64,000 bases of DNA, from positions 277,069 through 341,068 of the forward strand of contig CAVVOB010000028.1 in NCBI GenBank assembly GCA_963749655.1, written 5' to 3'. This DNA is from Nitrospirota bacterium. GTDB lineage: Bacteria; Nitrospirota; UBA9217. Shown piece after piece: positions 1 through 10,001 of the stretch. Made by a program: the position numbers and the translations under genes. The notes under the pieces are model-generated. The model saw only the letters and a program-made list of their open reading frames with translations. It ran no database searches and had not been told where the DNA came from. Numbering within the stretch: position 1 is the first letter of the stretch; each line of letters starts with the position of its first letter.

Positions 1-937
1 GCTGGTCCGTCAGGAAGAGCCCTTTGCCTTTGTCGGCAAAAGCAGGCCGGTCCAGGAGATCCTCGCGCTCATTCAAAAGGTCGCCCCCACGGACTCGGCG
101 GTCCTCATCCAGGGCGAGAGCGGAACGGGCAAGGAGATGGTCGCCAACACGGTCTGGCATTACAGCCAGCGCAAGAACGCGCCCTTCATCGCCCTGAACT
201 GCGCCACGCTGTCGGAGAACCTGATCGAGAGCGAGATCTTCGGCCACGAGAAGGGATCCTTCACGAACGCCTATCAGCAGAAGCACGGGCTCGTCGAGGT
301 CGCCGACAGGGGGACCCTGTTCCTGGACGAGATCAGCGAGATGCCCGTCCCGCTCCAGGCAAAGCTCCTCCGGTTCCTCGATGCCGGCGAGTTCCGGCGC
401 GTGGGCGGAACCAAGACCCTCCGCACCGACGTGCGGGTGGTCGCAGCAACCAACAGAGACCTGGGAGCGCTGATCCGCAACAACGGATTCCGCGAGGACC
501 TGTACTACCGCCTGAACGTGATCAACATCACCATCCCGCCCCTCCGGGAGCGGAAGGAGGACGTTGAGCTCCTGGCCCGGCATTTTCTCGAGCGGTACGC
601 AAAAAAGCTTGCCAAGCCCGTGTCCGCCTTCACCACCGAGGCGTTGGAGCTGCTGACGGCCTATCGCTGGCCCGGCAACGTGCGGGAGCTCGAGAACGTC
701 ATCGAGCGGGCCGTGATCGTCTGCGAGACCGGGACCATCGGCGCGGAAGACATCTCCATCTCTTCCTATGCGGCTGCCGGGGAGATCAGCGTCAATCCCT
801 CGCTCGAGGAAATGGAAAAGACCTACATCCTCCGGGTCCTGAAGGAAACGAGCGGCAACCAGTCCAAGGCGAGCCAGCTCCTCGGCATCGATCGGAAGAC
901 GCTCTACCTCAAGCTGAAGAAGTACGGGATCAGCTGA
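1..937 (+). CDS. Sigma-54-dependent transcriptional regulator (NtrC-family AAA+ with Fis-type HTH), 5' end outside the window
   Basis: Frame open from base 2; Walker A GESGTGKE, Walker B GTLFLDEI, FREDLYYRLNV, WPGNVRELEN, C-terminal HTH; GAFTGA loop reads GSFTNA. Confidence 0.92.
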   Translation, partial: LVRQEEPFAFVGKSRPVQEILALIQKVAPTDSAVLIQGESGTGKEMVANTVWHYSQRKNAPFIALNCATLSENLIESEIFGHEKGSFTNAYQQKHGLVEVADRGTLFLDEISEMPVPLQAKLLRFLDAGEFRRVGGTKTLRTDVRVVAATNRDLGALIRNNGFREDLYYRLNVINITIPPLRERKEDVELLARHFLERYAKKLAKPVSAFTTEALELLTAYRWPGNVRELENVIERAVIVCETGTIGAEDISISSYAAAGEISVNPSLEEMEKTYILRVLKETSGNQSKASQLLGIDRKTLYLKLKKYGIS

Positions 938-1147
938 TACTGTTTTCAGCATAGTTTATTAACGGCTACGGATAAATAAGAACCCACCTTTGCCGCAAAA
1001 AAGCACCTAAGGCGCAAAATAGGATCTGAATTAAACACGGGATTTTTTATGCGCATTTTGTGATTTATGTGGCTATAAAGACTTGTTCCGTTTCTGTAAA
1101 GGTGCAAATCCGTTCTGTGACGGGATAGGCAGTGAAGGTGAACCATC

Positions 1148-2003
1148 GTGAGTCTCGGTTTTTCCTGTGACACGGCGCTGGTCGTGGAAGGCGGCGGCAT
1201 GCGCGGCATTTTTTCGACCGGCCTGCTCGACGGCTTCCTGGAGCACCAGTTCGACCCCTTCCTTATGTACGTGGGCGTGTCTGCAGGCGCCACCAGCATC
1301 GCGGCCTTTCTCGCCGGAATGCACGGCCGCAACAAAAAGATCTACACCGATCTTTCCGTTCGCCCCGAGTTCATCAGTCTGTGGCGGTTCCTGCGCGGCG
1401 GCCATCTCATGGACCTGGACTGGCTCTGGAATCTCACGATCTCGCGCATGCGGCTCGATCTTCCGAAGATCTACGGCAAGAACAAACCCTTCCTCGTCGG
1501 CATGACGTCCGTGGAAACGGGCAGGCCTCTATTCAAGGAGACCGATGCAGGCAATCTCGAACAGGTGCTCAAGGCGTCGAGCGCCTTGCCTGTCTTCTAC
1601 CGCGGCTTCCTCACCATCGACCATCAGCAGATGACCGACGGCGGGGTATCGGACCCCATCCCCGTCGGCGAGGCCCTGCGCCGCGGCGCAACGCGCATCA
1701 TGGTAGTCCGGTCACCGGCCGCTGGGCTTCCGCGGTAAAATCGATCCGTTGTCGTCGCTCGTACAATGGCGCCTGCGCAGCCACCCGGCGCTCCGGCTGG
1801 CCTTGATCAATCATGACCGGATCTACAGCGAAGCAGTCGAGCTCATTCGCAAACCGCCTGCGGGCGTGTCCATGATCGAGGTCTGCCCGCCCGACGACTT
1901 CCGGCCTGCGCGGTTTACGCGCGACGCCGCTGTGCTGAGCGAGGGATACGAGCAGGGACGGGCAATGGCGACGGCCGCGATTGCCCGGTGGAAGCAATCA
2001 TAA
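1148..2003 (+). CDS. Patatin-like phospholipase (YjjU-like), split by one frameshift near 1715-1745
   Basis: EGGGMRG, GVSAG nucleophile motif, DGG; the C-terminal half continues in ORF 1749-2003. Confidence 0.8.
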
Positions 2004-2013
2004 GGAGAAACAC

Positions 2014-3189
2014 GTGTTCAGTATCACTCTGATATCAGCGTTCACCTTTGCCCACGTTTATGTTCTGTGGCGCGCAGCGTCCGTGCCGCTTCTCAGGCCC
2101 TCCTTGACGCGGAAACGGCTCGTGGCAGGCGGGGTCTTCCTCTGGCTGCTGTTCGCGGCCGCGTTTTTTTACGGACACGGCAGTCCGCGTGCGTTCGGGC
2201 CGATAGTCGAGCTTGCGGGCATGACCTGGTTGGGCGCAGTGCTCCTGACCGGAGTTTCGCTGCTCGCCGTCGATCTTGTCACGGGCTTCGGGTTGGCTCT
2301 GCCGCGCCTTGCGCCGACCCTGCGCGGAGCGGCCCTCGTCTGGGGGCTCGTCCTGTCCGTGATCGCCACGGTCCAGGGCACCCGCGCTCCCCTGATCGGG
2401 AATTATGAGGTCGAACTCCCGGGGATCCCTCCCCGGCTGGACGGCACGGTGATCATCGGCCTTTCGGACCTGCACATCGGCGCGACGCTGGATGGGGAAT
2501 GGCTTGCCAGACGCGTTGCCCAGGTCCAGGCTGAAAAACCGGACATGATCGTCCTGCTCGGCGACATCTTCGAAGGCCACGGCCGTCCTGCAAATGAACT
2601 TATAGAAATATTCAAGGGGCTCAAGGCTCCGATGGGCGTGTGGGCCGTACTGGGCAATCACGAGCTGCACGGCAGAGAGGTCTTCGCCGGCCGGCTGCTC
2701 CAGGCCGCAGGCATCGCTGTTCTGCGGAATGAACGTACGACGATCCGGCCCGGACTTGTGCTGGCAGGCGTGGATGATCTCACTACGAACTATCGCTCCG
2801 GGGCGAACAGCGATCTTGTCGCCAGGGCCCTTGCGACTCCGTCGGCCGGCGCTACGATACTCCTGTCGCATACGCCCTGGAAAGCCGACCGGGCCGCACA
2901 AGCAGGCGCAGAGCTCATGCTCTGCGGCCATACCCACGGCGGTCAGCTTTGGCCCTTCGGCTACCCCGTCAGGCTGTTCTATCCTCTGCTCGCGGGACAA
3001 TACGACGTGGACGGCATGACCGTGATCGTGTCCCGCGGCGCCGGCACCTGGGGTCCGCGCATGCGGTTGTGGCGGCCCGGGGAGATCATTCGCGTGACGT
3101 TGAGGACGGGGAATACGAGGGTCCGGCCGGTGCCGGAAAAGGCGAAAGAGGAGCAGGGGCGCCCACTTCGGCATTTGGTAGCACGATGA
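2014..3189 (+). CDS. Membrane-anchored metallophosphoesterase (YkuE/YaeI-like)
   Basis: N-terminal TM helices; DLH, GD, GNHE, SH and GHTHGGQ motifs; AGGAG before GTG at 2014. Confidence 0.88.
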   Translation: MFSITLISAFTFAHVYVLWRAASVPLLRPSLTRKRLVAGGVFLWLLFAAAFFYGHGSPRAFGPIVELAGMTWLGAVLLTGVSLLAVDLVTGFGLALPRLAPTLRGAALVWGLVLSVIATVQGTRAPLIGNYEVELPGIPPRLDGTVIIGLSDLHIGATLDGEWLARRVAQVQAEKPDMIVLLGDIFEGHGRPANELIEIFKGLKAPMGVWAVLGNHELHGREVFAGRLLQAAGIAVLRNERTTIRPGLVLAGVDDLTTNYRSGANSDLVARALATPSAGATILLSHTPWKADRAAQAGAELMLCGHTHGGQLWPFGYPVRLFYPLLAGQYDVDGMTVIVSRGAGTWGPRMRLWRPGEIIRVTLRTGNTRVRPVPEKAKEEQGRPLRHLVAR

Positions 3190-3399
3190 GTAAATCACCA
3201 TCAAGGCGGGACCTGCGCTGCTTCCCGGACACCGCCTTCACTTCTGCGCGATTTCCCCTGTACGGCGCTTGCTGATCTCAGCGAAAAATATTCAGGTCCT
3301 CCGTCTTGACACAGATCGCAATATCCCTATAATCAAAATACTCATAAACGCCCCCATACCCTGCCGTCCAGCGGCATCGATGATAAAGGAGGCATTGCG

Positions 3400-3825
3400 A
3401 TGCAGCAACTGCAAGCTCTGGCCTTGTCTATCGTATTTTTTATATTGTTCTTTGCATCGGTCCCGGGAAACGCCGACGCTGACATCACAGCACCGGGACA
3501 TACGATCTCGATCCGGTTTCCGGCTTTTTCCCTCACGCCGGGCCAGAAAATCTCGGGCTTCAAGCTGAAGTCCTCCCGGGGACGGCTTCAGAGTTCCTGC
3601 CTGCCTTCGCGTTGGACCTGCGAAAATCAGGGTAAAACACTTCACTGCTTTACCATTCATCCGTCCTATGCCACTGCGATGACCGGCAGGCTGCCGGAGA
3701 TCTTTGTCAGAGACCTGCCTGCAAGCGGGTCGCAACTGACCATCGAGGCTTCAATCGAATATCTTGAAGGAGACGGTTCGGAACGTTCCGGGGAATTCAA
3801 GGAGTCCGACCTGATCATAAAATAG
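3400..3825 (+). CDS. Hypothetical exported protein
   Basis: AAGGAGG RBS; hydrophobic signal peptide ending ..NADA. Confidence 0.65.
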   Translation: MQQLQALALSIVFFILFFASVPGNADADITAPGHTISIRFPAFSLTPGQKISGFKLKSSRGRLQSSCLPSRWTCENQGKTLHCFTIHPSYATAMTGRLPEIFVRDLPASGSQLTIEASIEYLEGDGSERSGEFKESDLIIK

Positions 3826-3937
3826 GGTTGCTGGCTCGGTACTCACCCAGCAAAAAAATGAACGCCTCCATTGCAAAAAAACATACTCGGGATTGACCGA
3901 ATGTTGCACAATGATGCTTAGCTCCGCCTCAATTCGC

Positions 3938-3995
3938 ATACCCTAAAAATACCCCATCGAAAGAATTGACTTCTGCCCGCGACATAATATACAGT
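3938..3995 (+). promoter_or_regulatory. ATACCC direct-repeat box plus sigma-70-like promoter
   Basis: ATACCCTAAAAATACCCCATC, 7 nt, then TTGACT-N18-TACAGT upstream of the 4070 gene. Confidence 0.5.
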
Positions 3996-4069
3996 TCAGT
4001 CTCAATCAGATAATTTCGCGAAGCGACTTCTGAATTTCCCTTGAAGTATCAATATACTCATAGGCGGCT

Positions 4070-4974
4070 ATGAAAAGAAAAACCATATTGATCGTCGAAG
4101 ACGACAAGGATGTCGCCCGGTATTATTCGGCGATCTTTGAGGAAAAGTACGAGGTCATAGTTACCTTCTCCGGCAGGCATGCCCTGAGGCGTTTGAATCA
4201 ACTCCCCGAAACGCATCTCGCAATCATTGACTACAGGCTCCCGGATATTTCCGGCCTCGACGTTCTGAGGGAGATTAAAAAATGCCGGCCCTCCGTGCCG
4301 GTCATCCTGGTAACAGCGTATGGGGACGAGAATGTGGCAGTTAAAGCGCTGCGATACGGAGCTAAGGACTATATCAAAAAGCCCGTTGCATACGACGACC
4401 TCTTGGAAAGAGTCGAATTTTTCCTGTCACTGCACAATGCGGAAAAAAAAGAGCGTAAATCAGTATGCCCGGAAGAACATCATGCCGCGCCTGCGCCGCT
4501 GAAAGACATTGCGTCTTGTCGACAGTTGAATTATATTGACGCACAATTCCACAAGCCACGGAGAATCTTTGCGAGTAATGGAACGGCACCTTGTTCGTTC
4601 GATCATTCAAAAATTAAAAAAGCGCTTCAATTCATCGACGATAACTTCACGATAAAGATCAGTCTTGAGTCAGTGGCGGAAAAAGCCTGTTTGTCCCGGT
4701 ATCACTTCTCGCGCGCATTCAAGAGAGCGACGGGCATTACGTATCAGGAATATCTTACGATGCGCCGGGTCGAGCAGGCGAAAAAGCTGTTAATGGATCC
4801 CGGCGGAGCATCACGGAAATCGCGCATTCTCTCGGCTACGATGATATGAACAACCTTATAAGAAACTTCAAAAAGCACACCGGCCTCACTCCCTCTGAAT
4901 TCAGAAACGGCGTACTTCTTTCCAACTCCATCAGTGTTCATACTGGCCCAGGAGAGGTATTTTCCAGGAAGTAG
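4070..4974 (+). CDS. Response regulator with AraC-type DNA-binding domain (YesN-like), frameshift near 4797
   Basis: Receiver motifs (EDD, DYRLP, T, KP) and first AraC HTH; second HTH SITEIAHSLGY..RNFKKHTGLTPSEFR lies in another frame, 4801-4974. Confidence 0.82.
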
Positions 4975-5287
4975 GGACCTCTGATTTACAGGTGTCCGCA
5001 AAAAGCCGTCAACCCTCATAAACATGTTCCGTTCAGCTCTCCTCTTCTCTTCCTCCAAGCAATAACAGCAATAAAAGCCTGAAAAAAAGCAACATTAGCC
5101 GAGACAGGAATGCAGAAATAATATGATAATGCAAACTGATGCGGAAGGCTCTATCGTTTTTATCATGGTTCGACATGAGATGTCGGTTGCGGAAATGGCA
5201 TTACTTGAAAGAAAGGAGGGCGGGATTACGCTGCGATAGAAAAAATCTAGCTCAATTTTATATTCCGAATCTAAAAAGGAGACAACC

Positions 5288-6334
5288 ATGCGTAAAACAG
5301 TATTGATCCTTAGTATCGCTGTGCTATCCCTATTTGTCACTTCGGTCGTTATTGCCGCAACCTGGACAATTCCGGCGAATGTGAAGATTGTGCAAAAAAC
5401 AGCTGCTTCTGGTGTTTATACTTCAATCCGGGCAGCGCTCGCTTCGATACCAGCTGGCTCTCCGTCAGCAGACAATCCCTTTGTGATAAAAGTCATGCCA
5501 GGAGTCTACGATGAAGGCCAAATAAATATGAGATCCTATGTCGATATCGAAGGCATGGGCCGGGAGAGCACCATCATCAACTCGGATGTAAGCAATGTCG
5601 ACTTTGATACCTGCACGGCCGGAACGATCGTCATGGCGCCTAACAGTGCAATCAGAAATCTCAGAGTAAAAAATTACGCCGCTACGCAGAATCTTGCTGC
5701 CGGCATAGTCTTTAATAATGTCGAGGCAAAGGCCGAAATGATCGACGTCTCCGTAGGAGATTCCGACACCTTTAACGCAAGAAATGCGGGCATTTGTTCC
5801 ACAGGAACTCAGGGACATGCCATTCTCAACAACATCTTCGTTGAAGTCCACAACGCCACTGACGGACACTCCAATCCTATCATGGCTCTCGCTGACGGAA
5901 ACGTGACGCTTTCAAACTCAAAGCTCCTTGCGTTTTCCACCGGCGATATCGGAGATATTTATGCGATAGACTGTGTTTATGGAAACGGGCTTGGAACAGT
6001 TAAAGTTGATAATAGTTATATTGAAGGAACGGCTGGGACCGGAGTTGTTACGATGTTGCATATTGATGACTGCAAGGCGTCCATTTCGGACTCTATTCTC
6101 AACCCACTCAATGGAGGCTGGATAGGTACTGTAACAGCACGTTATGATTTTAGTATTGTAAACACACAAATTTTCACGGGACCTGGCGGGACCAGCATTA
6201 GCTGGGCGGCTAGTGGGACTGCGAAGATTGCCAACAACTTGATTCAAGGCGGTTTGGGCAGTATCGATAATTTGTCTAATATGAAGCTTTTCAATAATTA
6301 TGATGAAAATTTTAACATGATTCCGAATCAATAG
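5288..6334 (+). CDS. Secreted pectin-lyase-like (parallel beta-helix) protein
   Basis: AAGGAG RBS, signal peptide, YTSIxAAL..VIKVMPGVYDE cap motif, Asn/Gly-rich beta repeats; visibly AT-richer than flanks. Confidence 0.65.
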   Translation: MRKTVLILSIAVLSLFVTSVVIAATWTIPANVKIVQKTAASGVYTSIRAALASIPAGSPSADNPFVIKVMPGVYDEGQINMRSYVDIEGMGRESTIINSDVSNVDFDTCTAGTIVMAPNSAIRNLRVKNYAATQNLAAGIVFNNVEAKAEMIDVSVGDSDTFNARNAGICSTGTQGHAILNNIFVEVHNATDGHSNPIMALADGNVTLSNSKLLAFSTGDIGDIYAIDCVYGNGLGTVKVDNSYIEGTAGTGVVTMLHIDDCKASISDSILNPLNGGWIGTVTARYDFSIVNTQIFTGPGGTSISWAASGTAKIANNLIQGGLGSIDNLSNMKLFNNYDENFNMIPNQ

Positions 6335-6343
6335 GTCTCAAGT

Positions 6344-6379
6344 GGGACCGGCTGCACATTGACGAATACAGCCGGTCCC
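6344..6379. terminator. Hairpin between convergent genes
   Basis: GGGACCGGCTG ... CAGCCGGTCCC 11-bp stem. Confidence 0.55.
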
Positions 6380-6426
6380 CGATCTTTAGCATACAATAAA
6401 TTAACGGCCACACCTTCTTTCGAAAA

Positions 6427-7301
6427 TCAAACAGAGATTGTCATCCTTACCTCAACCGCCTGCCTGTCCAGTTCCTCACCAATGACCACCATCCTGCTGC
6501 TCCCGATTTCCCTCTCGAAAACTACCTTGTCCACTCTGCCGTAGGTGCTGTCGAACCGCCACGGTCCCTCCTGCGTGTTGACGAGTGCCTTTGCCCGGGC
6601 AACTGATCCGAAACGGTCCTTTCGACAGTTCTTCGAAAAAGTGCGGTGAAATCCGCCAGTGCCGGTCTGTTCTTGACTGCGAACGACAGGGTCTCGAAAT
6701 GAACATGACAGTCATCAGACCGGATATCGCGCTTCCGAGGCGCTCGGGAAGGGCGCTGCTGATCGTGGCATTTCTGTACGAAACAGAACTGCGCGGGGAT
6801 TGAGGGAGGCGATCAGCTGCTCTGCTTTGTCGATAGCGGTCGCATCTGCAAGGTCCACCTTGTTCACCGCGATGACGTCGGCATTAACGATCTGTTCCTC
6901 GAAAAAACTACCGTACATGCCTGATTCAAAGAGCTCGGCGAATTCGACGGCGTCGACGATGCCCACGACCGATGCAGGGCCTGTTCCCGCGCTTTCCAAC
7001 GCTTCGAGCACGCCGGAAGGCGAGGCCACGCCGCTCGGCTCGATCATCAGGTGGTCGGGCGCAAACTGGTTCACGATCCGCTTGATCGTGGTGATCAGAT
7101 CGAATTTGAGCGTGCAGCAGACGCAGCCGCTCGGAAGCTCGACTGACTCGATACCGCAGCGGAAAAAATCTCTCCGTCGATGCCGGCCTGGCCGAAGTCG
7201 TTCACGAGCACGACAGTCTTCTCCGTGCGGTCCCTCAGGTAGTTTCTGATGAACGTCGTCTTGCCTGAACCCAGGAGCCCGCATACAATGGTCGTCTTCA
7301 T
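6427..7301 (-). pseudogene. CobW/COG0523 (G3E family) metallochaperone GTPase with several frameshifts
   Basis: GLLGSGKTT, VNDFG, GCVCC, IEPSG, NKVD and a CobW_C-like RAKALV..SRMVVIG tail spread over at least three frames; may be sequencing error. Confidence 0.8.
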
Positions 7302-7313
7302 GCTGTCTTCAAG

Positions 7314-7329
7314 TGCAACGATGATGCCA
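7314..7329 (-). promoter_or_regulatory. Sigma-54 (-24/-12) promoter for the cobW-like gene
   Basis: Minus strand TGGCATCATCGTTGCA = GG-N10-GC. Confidence 0.7.
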
Positions 7330-7681
7330 CGTCGTTTGGTCAGTGATGACATCAAGCAGCAAGGGCATCAACAGAAGGCCGGCCTCCTGCAATGGCTGAT
7401 CAAAGACGCATAAACAGTTACAGCGCACTGAGGCAAAACGCCCCGTGTCGTGGGGAATTTTTCATCTATCTTCCAGATGAAGAAGTTCTCAAGTTCTGAA
7501 TGCATGCCCGCACAGAGCGTTGTTCTGTTTCTCCGCAACCTGCTGTCTCCTTCGCCGCAGACGCAAACTCAATAACATCAGTACGATCGACCAAGACGAA
7601 CCTCTTGGCCATTCCCGAAAGACCTATAAGGCAAAGACCTCGGCCTGACAGAGCGCATCTCTGCAATGTATGATTTATTGC

Positions 7682-7697
7682 TGGCATTGCAGTTGCA
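7682..7697 (+). promoter_or_regulatory. Sigma-54 (-24/-12) promoter for the methyltransferase cluster
   Basis: TGGCATTGCAGTTGCA = GG-N10-GC, 15 nt before ATG 7713. Confidence 0.72.
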
Positions 7698-7712
7698 GAA
7701 TACTGCATTGCA

Positions 7713-8045
7713 ATGAAAAACATCCTTCTCTGTTCCTCAAATCCCATTCTGACCAAGAACCTGTACGCTATCCTGCGCGACGCGGGCTTTACCGTGGAAT
7801 CTATTGAACATCCTGCTTTTGCAGTACAGAGCGTGATGACCAAAAAATTCAACGCCGTTATCATCGACTCGGAGCCTTTCGGACTTTCGGCTGAAGACGC
7901 GGTCGAGATCATCAGGACCGTCGCTCCCGCGCTGCCGGTCCTGTTCGTGGGAGAGGATGCCCATGGCGCGATGCCTGCTGCGGAAAGGCCGCTCGATCTC
8001 GAAGAGTTGAAGCGAACGATCCGCACCATTGCTGTTAACGGCTGA
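7713..8045 (+). CDS. Single-domain receiver-like protein (atypical, lacks the acidic pocket)
   Basis: CheY-like pattern: ILL.., AVIID, PVLF, RPLDLEEL. Confidence 0.65.
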   Translation: MKNILLCSSNPILTKNLYAILRDAGFTVESIEHPAFAVQSVMTKKFNAVIIDSEPFGLSAEDAVEIIRTVAPALPVLFVGEDAHGAMPAAERPLDLEELKRTIRTIAVNG

Positions 8046-8069
8046 ATAAAAAGCATGAAGGGAGAGACC

Positions 8070-9098
8070 ATGAAACCAAAGGACGTGCTTTTCAAAGCAT
8101 TCGAGGGGGGCAAGACCGACCGGCTTCCCGTAACCCTGTTCGGAGCGGGGATGTGGAGCATCAAAGGCTGGGGTTCGTCGTTCCAGGAGCTCTCGCAGGA
8201 TGCGGACAAAATGACGGCGGTGCTCGTCGACATGAGCGAGAAGCTCAAGTGCGACGTGGTCTACGCAGGATCAGGGTACAACAACTTCCATGCATCGGCC
8301 CTGGGCGGCAGGATCAAATTCCGGGAAATGGGCGCGCCGGACCTGGAAAACCATTTCGTTTCTTCCGAGGAGGACCTGGCAAAGCTGAATCTTGGCGACC
8401 TTGACAAGGATGGGACCATCAAAACCGTGATGAAGGCGCTACGCCAGACAAAGGCTAAGATCGGCGACAATTATGCCGTCACCCTGACGGCCTGGGGGCC
8501 TTTTACACTCGGCGCCCGGCTGGTCGGTGAAGAGGCGATGATGAAGGCCACGTTCAAAAAGCCCGCCTTTGTCGAGAAGGTCATCGACTTTGCGACGGAC
8601 ATACTGATCCATCTTTATGAGCCGGTGGTCGCGGACAAGACCCTCGAGCTCATCAGCCTCGCCGATCCCACGGCATCGGGCGACCTTATCTCCCGGAAGC
8701 AGTTCGAGAAGTTCGCGGTGCCCGCTCTCAAGAAGTTTACCGACTGGGCGAAATCCAAGGGCGCCTACACGCTCGTCCATATCTGCGGGAACACGACCGA
8801 CCGGCTCGACTTGTTTCCGGCAACCGGCGCGTCCTGCATCAGCCTGGACCACAAGACGGACATGGCGAAAGCGAAAGAAGCGCTCCACGGCAAGATGTGC
8901 TTCGGCGGCAACGTGGACCCCGTCAAGATCATGCTGAACGGCACCGTCCAGGACGTGGAGAACGCCTGCAAGGACGTTATCAGGACCGCCGGCATGGACG
9001 GGGGGTTCGTGCTCATGCCGGGATGCGACATCCCGCCGACGGTGCCTTATGCGAACATTCAGAAATTAATCCAGGTCGCGTATGAGACAAAGCTGTAG
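8070..9098 (+). CDS. MtaA/CmuA-type methylcobalamin:thiol methyltransferase (uroporphyrinogen decarboxylase family)
   Basis: URO-D fold motifs GPFT, GNVDP; Zn ligands HICG and PGCD. Confidence 0.85.
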   Translation: MKPKDVLFKAFEGGKTDRLPVTLFGAGMWSIKGWGSSFQELSQDADKMTAVLVDMSEKLKCDVVYAGSGYNNFHASALGGRIKFREMGAPDLENHFVSSEEDLAKLNLGDLDKDGTIKTVMKALRQTKAKIGDNYAVTLTAWGPFTLGARLVGEEAMMKATFKKPAFVEKVIDFATDILIHLYEPVVADKTLELISLADPTASGDLISRKQFEKFAVPALKKFTDWAKSKGAYTLVHICGNTTDRLDLFPATGASCISLDHKTDMAKAKEALHGKMCFGGNVDPVKIMLNGTVQDVENACKDVIRTAGMDGGFVLMPGCDIPPTVPYANIQKLIQVAYETKL

Positions 9099-9362
9099 TT
9101 GAAGCCATGGATAAAAAACAAAACTTGATTGGAACCACAGATGAACACGGGTGCGGTGAAGCCGCACGCACAGATAAAAAAACGCATCTTTCTCTTTAAT
9201 GATTGACCGTGTGCGGCGAAGCCGCCTGTGGTCGATGACTTCTTTAAAAGGAGGTGACACAGTTCCTAGAAGCGAAAGGAGGTCGATACATTGGGTATCT
9301 TGGAAGAGTTGAAAAAACTGTTTTTCCGGTCGCAATCAGCAACCGGGCAAGGGGAGGCAAAA

Positions 9363-9806
9363 ATGGCTGACAAGAAAATGACGTTGGAAGAAGTGAACGA
9401 GTACATGAAGAAGCAGTGCGGTTTCGTGCCGAGGATGTTCCAGATCATCAACACCGTGACCCCGGAACCGGGCAGGACTTTCGCCGACTTCTATGCAAGC
9501 ATCTTCGGCGACGGGGCACTCTCCCGCAAGGTGAAGGAGCTCATGTTCATGTCCGGCGGCGTCGCCTACTGCTCGCCGCGCTGCATCATTCACGTGATCC
9601 CGGCGATCAACGCCGGCGCGACCACGGGCGAGATCTTCGAGGCCGCATCGGTCGGCATGATCCTCGCCGGCTTCGTGCCCGGCGGCCCCGGCATACCCTA
9701 TGCCTTTGAATATGCCTTGAAGTGCCTTGACATCGAGGCCAAGTTCCGCAAGGGCGAGAAGTGGGAATACCTGCCGCAGCCGAAGTTCGATCATGGCGTG
9801 TTTTAA
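9363..9806 (+). CDS. Carboxymuconolactone decarboxylase/AhpD-family protein
   Basis: DGALSRKVKELM, CSPRC..H, AINAGAT..EIFEA; GGAGG RBS. Confidence 0.8.
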   Translation: MADKKMTLEEVNEYMKKQCGFVPRMFQIINTVTPEPGRTFADFYASIFGDGALSRKVKELMFMSGGVAYCSPRCIIHVIPAINAGATTGEIFEAASVGMILAGFVPGGPGIPYAFEYALKCLDIEAKFRKGEKWEYLPQPKFDHGVF

Positions 9807-10001
9807 CTTTCATACAACGGGGGAGCGTTCTCGGACCTCCCCCGGTATTTTGGACTTATTAAACAATTCATCCAGCAAAAGCGGTTAACCGCAGAGAACG
9901 CAGAGGTCGCAGAGATGTCGAAAACATTGAGGCCGTGCTCTTCTCGGCGTTTCTGCAGAAAAAAAATAGGTCTATTCCTTGTCGTATGAAAAGGAGTCAC
10001 G

